Positions 36,808 to 44,856 of a DNA stretch of 64,000 nucleotides are shown here, in pieces (position 1 is the stretch's first letter; every line of letters begins with the position of its first letter). The position numbers were made by a program, and so were the translations under genes. This DNA is from Desulfobacca acetoxidans (GTDB taxonomy: Bacteria > Desulfobacterota > Desulfobaccia > Desulfobaccales > 0-14-0-80-60-11): the NCBI GenBank assembly GCA_020722205.1, contig DYLF01000004.1:17375-81374 (forward strand). The letters run 5' to 3'. The notes beneath the pieces are model-generated. The model saw only the letters and a list, made by a program, of their open reading frames with translations. It was not told the origin of the DNA and ran no database searches.

Positions 36808-37482
36808 TCATTTCGGGCAATTTTTGAAGGTCATGAACCAATCCAGGACCTTGGTGCCTGGGGCAGGGGTTTCGACACGCTCCTTGGCAATACCGCAAGA
36901 GCCGGGTGGAGGCACGATGACGTCTTCACCCGGCTGCCAGTTGGCTGGTGTCGCCACCTTGTGCTGGTCGGCCAATTGCAGGGCCACCAGGATTCTTTTA
37001 ATCTCCTCGATATTGCGGCCGGTACTCATGGGGTAATAGAGTATTGCCCTGATGACAGCATCAGGGTCGATGATGAAGACGGCGCGCACGGCCTGGGTAG
37101 TGCTGGCGGCGGGCTGGAGCATGCCAAAAGCCTTGGCTACTTCCATAGTGAGATCACTGATTACGGGAAAATTGACCTCGACATTTCGCATGTCTTTATA
37201 GACGATCTTTTCCTTAATGGTTCTCAACCAGGCGATGTGGCTGTAGGTGCTGTCGATGGAAAGGCCGACAAGTTTACAGTTGAGCTTCTCAAACTCGGGT
37301 TGCATGCAGGCAAAGGTCATGAACTCGGTGGTGCACACTGGAGTAAAATCGGCCGGATGGGAGAAAAAAACCACCCACTTGCCCTTGAAGTCGTCCGGGA
37401 AATTAATGGGCCCTTGGGTAGTCTCAGCCTTGAACGAGGGGGCCTTTTCACCGATCAAAGGGATTTTACATTGCTGTTCCAT
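36808..37482 (-). CDS. 1-Cys peroxiredoxin (Prx6/AhpC-TSA family)
   Basis: 'FFSHPADFTPVCTTE' peroxidatic-Cys motif. The 224-aa length is typical of 1-Cys Prx. Confidence 0.9.
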   Translation of the reverse strand: MEQQCKIPLIGEKAPSFKAETTQGPINFPDDFKGKWVVFFSHPADFTPVCTTEFMTFACMQPEFEKLNCKLVGLSIDSTYSHIAWLRTIKEKIVYKDMRNVEVNFPVISDLTMEVAKAFGMLQPAASTTQAVRAVFIIDPDAVIRAILYYPMSTGRNIEEIKRILVALQLADQHKVATPANWQPGEDVIVPPPGSCGIAKERVETPAPGTKVLDWFMTFKNCPK

Positions 37483-37539
37483 GTTTTTGATTCCTCCTTG
37501 GGATATTTTTTAAATTCGGTCAGCGCTACCGATTTGTTA

Positions 37540-38212
37540 TCAGGCCCGTAAAAAGGCCACCAAGTCTTTTTTCTCCTGGTCATTCGGTTTTAAACCCTGA
37601 ATCAGGTTGAAGAACTCTACAGTATCTTCGAAGGTCAAGAGGCGTCCGTTATGGAGGTCAGATTGAATTGCTGCTGGGGGAAGGGAGTGACCAACAGACG
37701 CAACCCCTCCAGTTGTTTGGGATTAAGGATGCCGTTAAACAGCTCATAGTAATTCATCAGGGTGACTAACTTGCCCTTGCTCACGTCGCCCAGGTCGGGA
37801 CGGGTGGGGTGGGGCAGAGGCAGGAAGCCAGCGGGCCAGACACCCTTTTCCTTAATTTCCTCGGGGGACATGGCAGCCAGCTTGTCCCAGGTTATGCCGG
37901 CGGGCAGCTTCACCCGTATATCTCCTGGATGGGCTTGCCGCGGCTCATGGTGACACCTTTGGCCGGCTGATTGGCGAGGTTGTAGCGCATTGTGAGCAAG
38001 TCCATTTGCCGCTTCATCACCTGGGGTTTTTCTTTTTTCATCCGTGCCAGGGTGGTAGCGAAATCTTCCTTGCTCACCACCGGCGCATAGCTGGAAGGCG
38101 GCGCGTTGGTCTTTTGCTGCTTTCCCCTGGCTACCGCCGCGCTGCTGAACAGGAGAAGGATTAAAGCGGCTAGGGGAAACATGACCAGAGAGTTGGACCA
38201 GAAGTTTCTCAT
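37540..38212 (-). pseudogene. frameshifted/degraded gene for a secreted peroxidase-like (di-haem CCP-family-like) protein
   Basis: The coding signal runs through three frames. First, a signal peptide ORF 37910..38212 ('MRNFWSNSLVMFPLAALILLLFSSAAVARG...'). Second, the C-terminal half of ORF 37635..38255 ('RVKLPAGITWDKLAAMSPEEIKEKGVWPAGFLPLPHP...'). Third, a frame ending at 37540 ('LHNGRLLTFEDTVEFFNLIQGLKPNDQEKKDLVAFLRA'). No CxxCH motif remains. Confidence 0.5.
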
Positions 38213-38338
38213 CGGTCAATCTCCTTTCGGTATGGGGAATGACGAGCCTTTCCACCGAAAGTGGTTCAGCAACCGGACCTTTTTTGGTGGTTTGTTTGTT
38301 GTTAAGTGCCGATAGGATTAAGGCTGAGGGGCAGAGAA

Positions 38339-38626
38339 TTATTTACCGCCGGTGAGTTCCTCGATCTCTTCCTGGCCGTGGGCCATTTCCTCCACCTGCT
38401 CCTGGTCCAGGCGCAACAGCAAAGCCTGAAATTCCCCGACGTGGGTTTTTTCCTCCTTGGCCACATCCAGAAAGACCTTTTTCAGATTTAGGTCATCGGT
38501 GAGCGCGGCCAGCTGCTCATAAAGGTTGATGGCGTCCAGTTCGGCGATGATGGCCACCCGAAGGATTTCCTGGTTAATTTTTTGTTTGCTGAGTTTGCCC
38601 TGATCATAAGGAATTTGCGACAACAT
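38339..38626 (-). CDS. encapsulated-ferritin-like (EncFtn/rubrerythrin-superfamily) small ferroxidase-type protein
   Basis: 95 aa. 'LRVAIIAELDAINLYEQLA' and 'LDVAKEEKTHVGEFQALLLRLDQEQ' give the E...Y / EExxH half-site pattern I recall from EncFtn proteins. Confidence 0.55.
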   Translation of the reverse strand: MLSQIPYDQGKLSKQKINQEILRVAIIAELDAINLYEQLAALTDDLNLKKVFLDVAKEEKTHVGEFQALLLRLDQEQVEEMAHGQEEIEELTGGK

Positions 38627-39041
38627 CTTTATTTCCTCCCTAGATTTTTATTAAACGACTCTTGTCAAGAGTTTTTTGCGAGTGCCGCTTTCCGCGGCTG
38701 CAAATTTACCATAACTTAAGTTCATTTTGGCCGCAAGACAAGGTGTCTGCCAAAAATTTCAGGCGGCTGCCTGCTAGGCAGCAATGCTGTCTGGAACCTT
38801 TGGCGGAGGCTCCCCTTCAATGGGATCAGGAGTTTTTCGGTCATTAGTCAAGGGTGTTCCTAATAGCTTGAAAAGTGGTTGGCGGTTGGCGATCAGTGCT
38901 CATATTTTGTATATCATTCAATAGGTTATGTCCAACACGGCGTCCCCTGGCCAGATTTTTTGACTTGTGGCTGGCCACCGGCCGGTGGAGAGGGGTGGAC
39001 AATTATTTTCTTTAAAAGGCGAAATAAATATATCGGGGCAA

Positions 39042-39488
39042 TTACTCATTTCTTTGGCATTCAGGGCATAGGCCGAAGAAATCCAGGCGATGGCTTAAGA
39101 TCAGAAAACCGGTCTCTTTGCCAGCCGCTTCCATCAGAGGTTGTAGGCTATTCAAGGCCGAGTCCATGATTTTCTTGCACTTCAGGCAGATAACATGGGG
39201 ATGGGGGTAGGGTTTGCTGCCGTCATAGCGGTTAACACCTTCGGGAAAGCCCAACTCCAGGACTTCATTCAACTCCTTCAGTAGGTTCACGGTCTTGTAT
39301 ATGGTGGCAATACTCATGGTGGGAAAATCCACCTTGAGGCGCTCGTGAATGTTTTCTATGCTTGGATGTCCTTCACTTGCCGCTAGGAGGCGAAGAATGG
39401 CCAACCGCTGGGGGGTGATGCGGAGACCCTCAGATCTCAACTTTGCCATCATCTGTCGCAATCGCTCTTCCGGAGATGCCATAATCAT
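39042..39488 (-). CDS. Fur-family metalloregulator (PerR-like by context)
   Basis: Winged-helix 'RITPQRLAILRLL...SIATIYKTVNLLKE', 'HPHVICLKCKKI' and 'GLCPECQ' (two CxxC pairs). Adjacent to the peroxide-stress genes. Confidence 0.85.
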   Translation of the reverse strand: MIMASPEERLRQMMAKLRSEGLRITPQRLAILRLLAASEGHPSIENIHERLKVDFPTMSIATIYKTVNLLKELNEVLELGFPEGVNRYDGSKPYPHPHVICLKCKKIMDSALNSLQPLMEAAGKETGFLILSHRLDFFGLCPECQRNE

Positions 39489-39493
39489 ATTGC

Positions 39494-39559
39494 GATAGTA
39501 ACTATTATTATCAGAAAAATATTATCTTTAATCATCGGATTTTCAATTCCAGCTGTCAA
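39494..39559 (-). promoter_or_regulatory. promoter of the Fur/PerR gene (TTGACA-17-GATGAT) with a downstream Fur-type AT-rich palindrome
   Basis: Perfect -35 TTGACA at 39554-39559 (minus strand). GATAGTAACTATTATTATC at 39494-39512 is a 19-bp imperfect palindrome with 14 of 19 positions symmetric, flanked by GATAAT-like hexamers up to 39527. Confidence 0.5.
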
Positions 39560-39812
39560 GACCTTTTTTCTTATTTGGCAAAGGGTGTTATTGGATGGGA
39601 AAAAGTTGGTTTAAGCTATCGCCAAGCGATCTAACAGATGGGGGATGGGGGTTTTATTAAATTGAGGGGAAAAGGAACAACCAGCAAAAATCGCTTGGCG
39701 GGATTTTCTGGCGAGGTGGATCGTCCTTCAGCCGTGGTGTCTGGCAGGGGCGAGATAGACCCAGGGAGAAGAGGGCAGGGCGGCCAGCTATTCTCCCTGG
39801 TCTATTGCTTGT

Positions 39813-40001
39813 TCAGGCAAAGGTGTTGATCTTTAGACCCTTGCCGGTGATCGTTGCCAACAACTGTTGTTGGTGCGGGGCAACTTTCGGGGCCGGCGGC
39901 GCCGCGGTTTGGTCAGGCTGGGCCGCGGGGCTGAGAAGTTTGGAGAAGAGCTGCGCTGCCACGGGTACCGCCAGTTGAGCTGCAATGGCAGGTATGGCCA
40001 A
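39813..40001 (-). CDS. small Ala/Pro/Gln-rich protein (62 aa), function unknown
   Basis: TTG start preceded by a strong AGGAGG with 6-nt spacing. No Cys and no recognisable family. Confidence 0.45.
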   Translation of the reverse strand: MAIPAIAAQLAVPVAAQLFSKLLSPAAQPDQTAAPPAPKVAPHQQQLLATITGKGLKINTFA

Positions 40002-40298
40002 AATATTCCTCCTGTTCTGAAAATGGTCAGTGATTAATGTTTGTTACTTAAGTCCACCGCCTATGGGTGCAGTCAACTTCTCACGTTTTCGTGCGAGACG
40101 CCAACTCTTAAGAGGAATGCGCTGCAAATTCCTTGCCATTAAAGGCAAGAGCTGGCCGGGCTGGGCGTATGGTGCACAGGCCGGTTAGGGGGGAGACCGG
40201 AAGTGCCTCAGAGTAGGCAACTCTCACCTCTCTGGGGGGTAAGAATTACCGGCGGTTGTCATCTCTTAACAAAAGGGTGATTGGTGGCCGGCTTCTGA

Positions 40299-41198
40299 TC
40301 AGAGGAATTTATATTCAGGCGGCAGGAGACTTCGATGTGTCTTTTTCAGTTTCCCTTTGCTGAAGCGAAAGGCAAGGTTGCTGTGCTCTCCGCTTTGAAT
40401 GAGTTTCTTCAAAAGCAGGTCGTCATGGAAGAGATGAAAGAACCGCCACTGTCCTTCCGAGCTGTCAAGTTGCCGGATTTTTTCAGATATATCAACGAAC
40501 AGTGGGTGCCCGGCGATATGCGCAGAGAAGAAGTGCTCCAGCGCCTGATGGGGGATAAGGTGGGTATTATTGGCGCTTTCTTTGGGAATTACACTGAGTT
40601 GGTGGGTGAGATTACTGAAGTCGAGGTAGCAATAGGCGTGCGCAAAGAGATAGAAATTTGATAGGATGGTTTCCCGCCGCCACATTTTCATTAAGGTGGC
40701 CAAAACTTTGGCCCGCCCTGGAGTGAGCAGGATGGGATGCTTTAGACAGAGATAATCCCTGAAGGGATCTTGGACCGCGATCGCGGTCAGGTCTCCATGA
40801 GTCACCAAATATTCAGGAAAAAGTATACAGGGCAATGGCCGCACCGGGTAGATGACGCAGAGGTGATGGGATAGAAAGGGGCAAGGTTTATTTAGCTTCA
40901 GGGCAACCATTCTGAGCCAGTCGTTCCTCTCATTGGAGAACAATCCCAAGGAGCAATGGCGATGGTAATGGGTAGAAACCGACTCTTGGAGGTGCAGGGC
41001 AGCCCCCCACAGGTCGATGAGGCTTATCTGGATCTGTAGATCGTTATTGCTGCATCCTGGCCTGGTGCAGGCGGGATGACAGTGAAAGTCAGATTTATAA
41101 GCGGCCAGACGGGCCCGGCGGTGAAGATAGGCTGTCAGCCATCGCCTGGGATTTTCAGGGTCAAGGGAGAAGTCGTGGTTTTTTTTCGCCTCTGTCAT
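40299..41198 (-). CDS. YkgJ/UPF0153-like Cys-cluster (putative Zn/Fe-chelating) domain protein
   Basis: 'CHPACTRPGCS' plus 'KPCPFLSHHLCVIYPVRPLPCILFPEY' resembles the CxxCxxCC...CPFL...C.IY..RP..C family pattern. The start is uncertain: ATG at 41198, or GTG at 41240 as listed in the ORF track. The region looks less GC-rich than its surroundings. Confidence 0.5.
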   Translation of the reverse strand: MTEAKKNHDFSLDPENPRRWLTAYLHRRARLAAYKSDFHCHPACTRPGCSNNDLQIQISLIDLWGAALHLQESVSTHYHRHCSLGLFSNERNDWLRMVALKLNKPCPFLSHHLCVIYPVRPLPCILFPEYLVTHGDLTAIAVQDPFRDYLCLKHPILLTPGRAKVLATLMKMWRRETILSNFYLFAHAYCYLDFSNLTHQLSVIPKESANNTHLIPHQALEHFFSAHIAGHPLFVDISEKIRQLDSSEGQWRFFHLFHDDLLLKKLIQSGEHSNLAFRFSKGKLKKTHRSLLPPEYKFL

Positions 41199-41268
41199 TA
41201 GCTGCGCCTGGGTGAAGAAACAGAGGGGCAAGAAAAGCACCCTCCGGCGCTACCCCGCGGTTAATAAG

Positions 41269-41283
41269 GCGTTTGCTGTGCCA
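41269..41283 (-). promoter_or_regulatory. candidate sigma-54 (-24/-12) promoter upstream of the YkgJ-like gene
   Basis: The minus strand reads CTGGCAC-AGCAA-ACGC. The -24 element is perfect and the GG-N10-GC spacing is correct, but the -12 element is weak (AACGC against TTGCW). Confidence 0.3.
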
Positions 41284-41465
41284 GCGTGCCAAGGAAAGAG
41301 CTGTCCAGCAGAAGACCAACAGAGTTAGCGGGGCGGCGGCAGGCCTGAAGGGCTAATCCTCTGGCCCACCGCCTTCGGTCAATCTAAAGCGGCGTGCCCC
41401 CCTGGTCTGTTCGGCACTCCTTTGGCGCGGCCGGAAAAGATGGCAAGGGGCTGAAGTTGCGGAGC

Positions 41466-42245
41466 TCAGCGTTCCTGCCAGACGGGTTTTCTCTTTTCCA
41501 GGAAGGCTTTGACGCCTTCTTCGGCATCTTGGGTAGTGCACAGGGCGGCAAACATGTCACTCAGTCGGTCTAAGGCCTGGTGGTAGGGGACATCCTGCAT
41601 GGCATAGATGCCGGCTTTGCCCGTGCGCAAGGCCAAGGGGCTTTTAGCGGCCAGCTTGGCGGCCAGTTCCAGGGTGGCTGCCTCCAGTTGATCAGCGGGA
41701 ACAACTTTATTGACCAGTCCCAACCTTTCTGCCTCAGCGGCTGAGATGATATCGCCGGTGAGCACCATTTCTAGGGTCTTTTTGCGGCCGAGGCTGCGGG
41801 CCAGGGGGACTGCCGGGCCGAGACAGATGAGGCCGACGTTGATGGCCGTGGTGCCGAATTTGGCATCTTCGGCGGCCACCGTCAGGTCGCAGGCAAAGGA
41901 CAGGCCAGCGCCGTTGGCCAGGGCATAGCCTTTAACCGAGGCAATCACCGGTTTGGTCATCCGGGCGATGGTGTGATTGTGCTCATCCATCAGTTGAATA
42001 AACTCCCGGTACTCCTTGGGGGTTTTGCCCTTGAATTCATCAAGGGCGATGCCGGTGGAGAAATGTTTGCCGTTGGCGTTGATCACCACCACCCGGATCT
42101 CAGGGTCCTTCTCCATTTCCCAGAGGGCATCATTGAGCTCCCGGGCAAAGGGGACGTTAAAGGTGTTCATGGCCTGCGGGCGGTTCAGGGTAATAAAGCC
42201 GATCATTTCCCGTTTGTCCACCAACACATTGGTATAGCTCATCAC
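41466..42245 (-). CDS. enoyl-CoA hydratase/isomerase (crotonase) family protein
   Basis: 259 aa with 'ITLNRPQAMNTF', 'VVVINANGKHFSTGIAL' and 'ALANGAGLSFACD'. Confidence 0.9.
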   Translation of the reverse strand: MMSYTNVLVDKREMIGFITLNRPQAMNTFNVPFARELNDALWEMEKDPEIRVVVINANGKHFSTGIALDEFKGKTPKEYREFIQLMDEHNHTIARMTKPVIASVKGYALANGAGLSFACDLTVAAEDAKFGTTAINVGLICLGPAVPLARSLGRKKTLEMVLTGDIISAAEAERLGLVNKVVPADQLEAATLELAAKLAAKSPLALRTGKAGIYAMQDVPYHQALDRLSDMFAALCTTQDAEEGVKAFLEKRKPVWQER

Positions 42246-42520
42246 ACACCCTCCTTCTTTTTATTTGACAAGTCCCCCAAGCCACCTCTTCAACCCTTCA
42301 AGGGGGTGGAAGCGAGCCTCCTCGGAAAGGATGGGGAAGGGGTCTTCTTTAACAGGTTGCGGGTTGTGCAGGGGCTAGTGAAATTATACGCTAGAACTTA
42401 CTTAATTATGTTATAAATTTTTACTTAGCAGTTAAACCGGCAAACAACACTTCGGAGATCAAAAATGGGTCAGTACGGTGATCGCCAAACAGGAAAACTT
42501 CTTATCGTGATAGGTGAAAT

Positions 42521-43327
42521 ATGTGGGCGGCAGCCATTCAACTGACCTCCACGGCGGATATGGCGGGCAACTTAGGTAAGGCCCGGCACCTGGTCCAAGA
42601 GGCTGCCGAGCGGGGGGCACAGGTGGTGGCCTTGCCGGAGCATTTTGCCTATCTGGGTCCTGAAGAGCGCGAGCCTCCTTCCCTCCAGTCTCTAACAGGG
42701 GCATTGGTGCAGGAATTTGGCAGTTTGGCACGGGAGTTGGGAATCTTTCTGCTTTTGGGGAGTTTTCCCGAGATGCCTGCCTCGGTTGGCTTGCCCTTTA
42801 ATACCAGTGTGCTTTTGGGGCCGGGAGGTGAGGTGTTGGCCTCATACCGCAAGGTGCACCTGTTTGACGCGGCCCGGCCCGGCGGACCGCGATATCAGGA
42901 GTCGCTGGTAGTACAGGCGGGCAGCGAGGTGGTGGTGACGTCCCTGCCGGGGCTGCCTTTCCGTGCTGGTCTGGCCATTTGCTATGACCTGCGCTTCCCG
43001 GAGCTTTTTCGGGCCATGACGGCGCAAGGGGCCGAGCTGATATTTCTTCCGGCCGCGTTCACGCTCACCACCGGCCGGGATCATTGGGAAGTACTGCTGC
43101 GCGCCCGGGCCATCGAGAATCAGGTCTATATCATTGCTCCGGCCCAATACGGGGAGCATCGTCCGGGTCGTCGGAGCTTCGGCCGGTCATTGATTATTGA
43201 TCCGTGGGGAGTGGTTCTGTCCCAGGCCCCGGATGGTGAAGGGGTCATCTACGCTTGGCTGGACCATGCCCGCCTGCAGCGCCTGCGCCAGGAGATGCCG
43301 TGCCTGAGCCACCGCCGCCTGAAATGA
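42521..43327 (+). CDS. carbon-nitrogen hydrolase (Nit/omega-amidase family)
   Basis: 'YRKVHLFD' and 'AICYDLRFPELF' (catalytic Cys context), with the E-K-C triad architecture. Confidence 0.85.
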   Translation: MWAAAIQLTSTADMAGNLGKARHLVQEAAERGAQVVALPEHFAYLGPEEREPPSLQSLTGALVQEFGSLARELGIFLLLGSFPEMPASVGLPFNTSVLLGPGGEVLASYRKVHLFDAARPGGPRYQESLVVQAGSEVVVTSLPGLPFRAGLAICYDLRFPELFRAMTAQGAELIFLPAAFTLTTGRDHWEVLLRARAIENQVYIIAPAQYGEHRPGRRSFGRSLIIDPWGVVLSQAPDGEGVIYAWLDHARLQRLRQEMPCLSHRRLK

Positions 43328-43589
43328 CAAAGGCTCTCAAAACCTGATAGGCGTCGGCCATTTTTACGAACCGCTGCCGTTTTTTCTCCAACTCTTCGGG
43401 TGGGGCTTGGTGGTACAGATCGGGATGGTAGCGTCGGGCTCTGGCCCGGAAAGCCCGCTTCACGGCGGCCAGGGTGACTTTACTTAAAAAGCCCTCCTCC
43501 AGACCGAGATGCGGCCCGAAGAGACGTATGGCGGCGATGCGCACTTGGCTGAGATATTGCGCTACGATCTTTCTTTCGTAATGAAACAA
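43245..43589 (-). CDS. J-domain (DnaJ-like) protein
   Basis: 'VKRAFRARARRYHPDL...FVKMADAYQVL' with the HPD motif. The Gly-rich tail is encoded antisense to the last 83 nt of the hydrolase gene. Confidence 0.6.
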   Translation of the reverse strand: MFHYERKIVAQYLSQVRIAAIRLFGPHLGLEEGFLSKVTLAAVKRAFRARARRYHPDLYHQAPPEELEKKRQRFVKMADAYQVLRAFVISGGGGSGTASPGAGAAGGHGPAKRR

Positions 43590-43747
43590 GGGAAGACCTC
43601 AACCGGAATAAAAAAGAACCGGAGGGGCTGTTTCTTAGACCCTGATCATTTATAGCACAGAAGTTAAAAAACTCAAGTCGCCAAGGGTTGGCCAACCGGC
43701 GGGGTTTTGTATAGAATAGCCTGCAAAGGTACCAGCGGGAGCTGATT

Positions 43748-44725
43748 TTGCTTGATAATTATTCACGTAACATAAACTATTTACGGTTATCTATCACCGA
43801 CCGCTGCAATCTCCGCTGTTTTTACTGCCTGCCGCGGCAGGGTTGGGTGAAACTGCCGGCCAGGGAGATCCTCAGTTATGAAGAAATGTTGCGCCTTTCC
43901 CGGGTGGCGGTGCAGGTGGGGATCCGGAAAATCCGGGTGACCGGGGGGGAGCCCTTGGTGCGTCGGGGAGTGGCCCCTTTTTTGGAGCAGTTGCACAGGA
44001 TCAGAGGCCTCGAAAAGATTTGTCTCACCACCAACGGCGTGTTACTGGCGGAAATGGCTGCGGACCTTTACCGTATCGGTCTGCGGCATATAAATGTCAG
44101 TCTGGACACCCTGAAGCCGGAGAGATATGTGGAGATAACCGGATCTGACCAGCTGGCGGTGGTGCTGGCCGGCTTGGAGAAGGCCGCGGCCCTTGGTTTT
44201 CACCCCATAAAGATAAATTTCGTGGTGTTGCGGGGGATAAATGAAGATGAAGTGGTGGACTTTGCCCTTTTCAGCCGGGAGAACCCCTTTCAGGTGCGCT
44301 TCATAGAATTCATGCCCACGGTATCGCGGGAGAAGTGGTCTTCTCATTTCTTGCCCATGTCTGTGGTGCGCCAGCGCTTAAAGGTTCTGGGGGAGCCTCA
44401 GCCAGTGGCCCGGATTGCCACCGCCGGCCCGGCTCAGATCGTGCGTTTGCCGAATTATCGCGGGGAATTGGGTTTCATCCAGGCAGTGAGCGAGCATCAT
44501 TGTCCTTCCTGCAACCGTCTGCGCCTCACCGCCGACGGACGTCTGCGTCCCTGCCTATTTCAGGCCCAGGAAGTGGACCTGAAAGGGCCTTTGCGCTGGG
44601 GGGCCGGCGATGAGGAGTTGGGTCTTATCTTTAGAAAAGCCGTTGCTTTAAAGGGTTTGGGGCACAGGTTTGCCAGCCCTGCTACCCCCCTGGACTGCCG
44701 GCCGATGGTGAGCATCGGCGGCTGA
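43748..44725 (+). CDS. moaA: GTP 3',8-cyclase MoaA (molybdenum cofactor biosynthesis)
   Basis: 'YLRLSITDRCNLRCFYCLP' radical-SAM motif, a C-terminal 'CPSCNRLRLTADGRLRPCL' cluster and a 'SIGG' terminus. TTG start as listed in the ORF track. Confidence 0.9.
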   Translation: MLDNYSRNINYLRLSITDRCNLRCFYCLPRQGWVKLPAREILSYEEMLRLSRVAVQVGIRKIRVTGGEPLVRRGVAPFLEQLHRIRGLEKICLTTNGVLLAEMAADLYRIGLRHINVSLDTLKPERYVEITGSDQLAVVLAGLEKAAALGFHPIKINFVVLRGINEDEVVDFALFSRENPFQVRFIEFMPTVSREKWSSHFLPMSVVRQRLKVLGEPQPVARIATAGPAQIVRLPNYRGELGFIQAVSEHHCPSCNRLRLTADGRLRPCLFQAQEVDLKGPLRWGAGDEELGLIFRKAVALKGLGHRFASPATPLDCRPMVSIGG

Positions 44726-44758
44726 CCAATAACCAGTTTAGATTTAACAATTCAGAAT

Positions 44759-44792
44759 CAGCCGCCGGAAATTCGGCGGCGGTTAATTTTTT
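44759..44792 (+). terminator. Rho-independent terminator after moaA
   Basis: GCCGCCG / GAAATT / CGGCGGC 7-bp GC stem at 44761-44780, followed by GGTTAATTTTTT. Confidence 0.6.
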
Positions 44793-44856
44793 CCGGGCGG
44801 GATGGTCAAAGAGTGGTAGAGTTTGAAATGCCTTAACAGACAAGGAGAGGTACTTC

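Noticed and set aside
37635-38255. The 206-aa ORF as a genuine stand-alone gene
   Set aside because: Its N-terminal half (R/Q/G/H-rich with no signal peptide) reads like out-of-frame sequence. The overlapping 100-aa frame has a clean signal peptide. It is better explained as the middle segment of a frameshifted pseudogene.
36808-39488. An encapsulin nanocompartment operon around the EncFtn-like gene
   Set aside because: No HK97-fold shell-sized ORF (about 260-300 aa) is adjacent or anywhere in the window. The neighbouring genes are a peroxiredoxin, a decayed peroxidase-like gene and a Fur-family regulator.
43590-43747. Moco riboswitch upstream of moaA
   Set aside because: The spacer is only about 160 bp and is shared with the divergent J-domain gene. 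I could not find the conserved Moco-motif elements (the GCCUCC and GGAAAGG-type segments in proper stems). Only a GGTTGGCCAACC palindrome is present.
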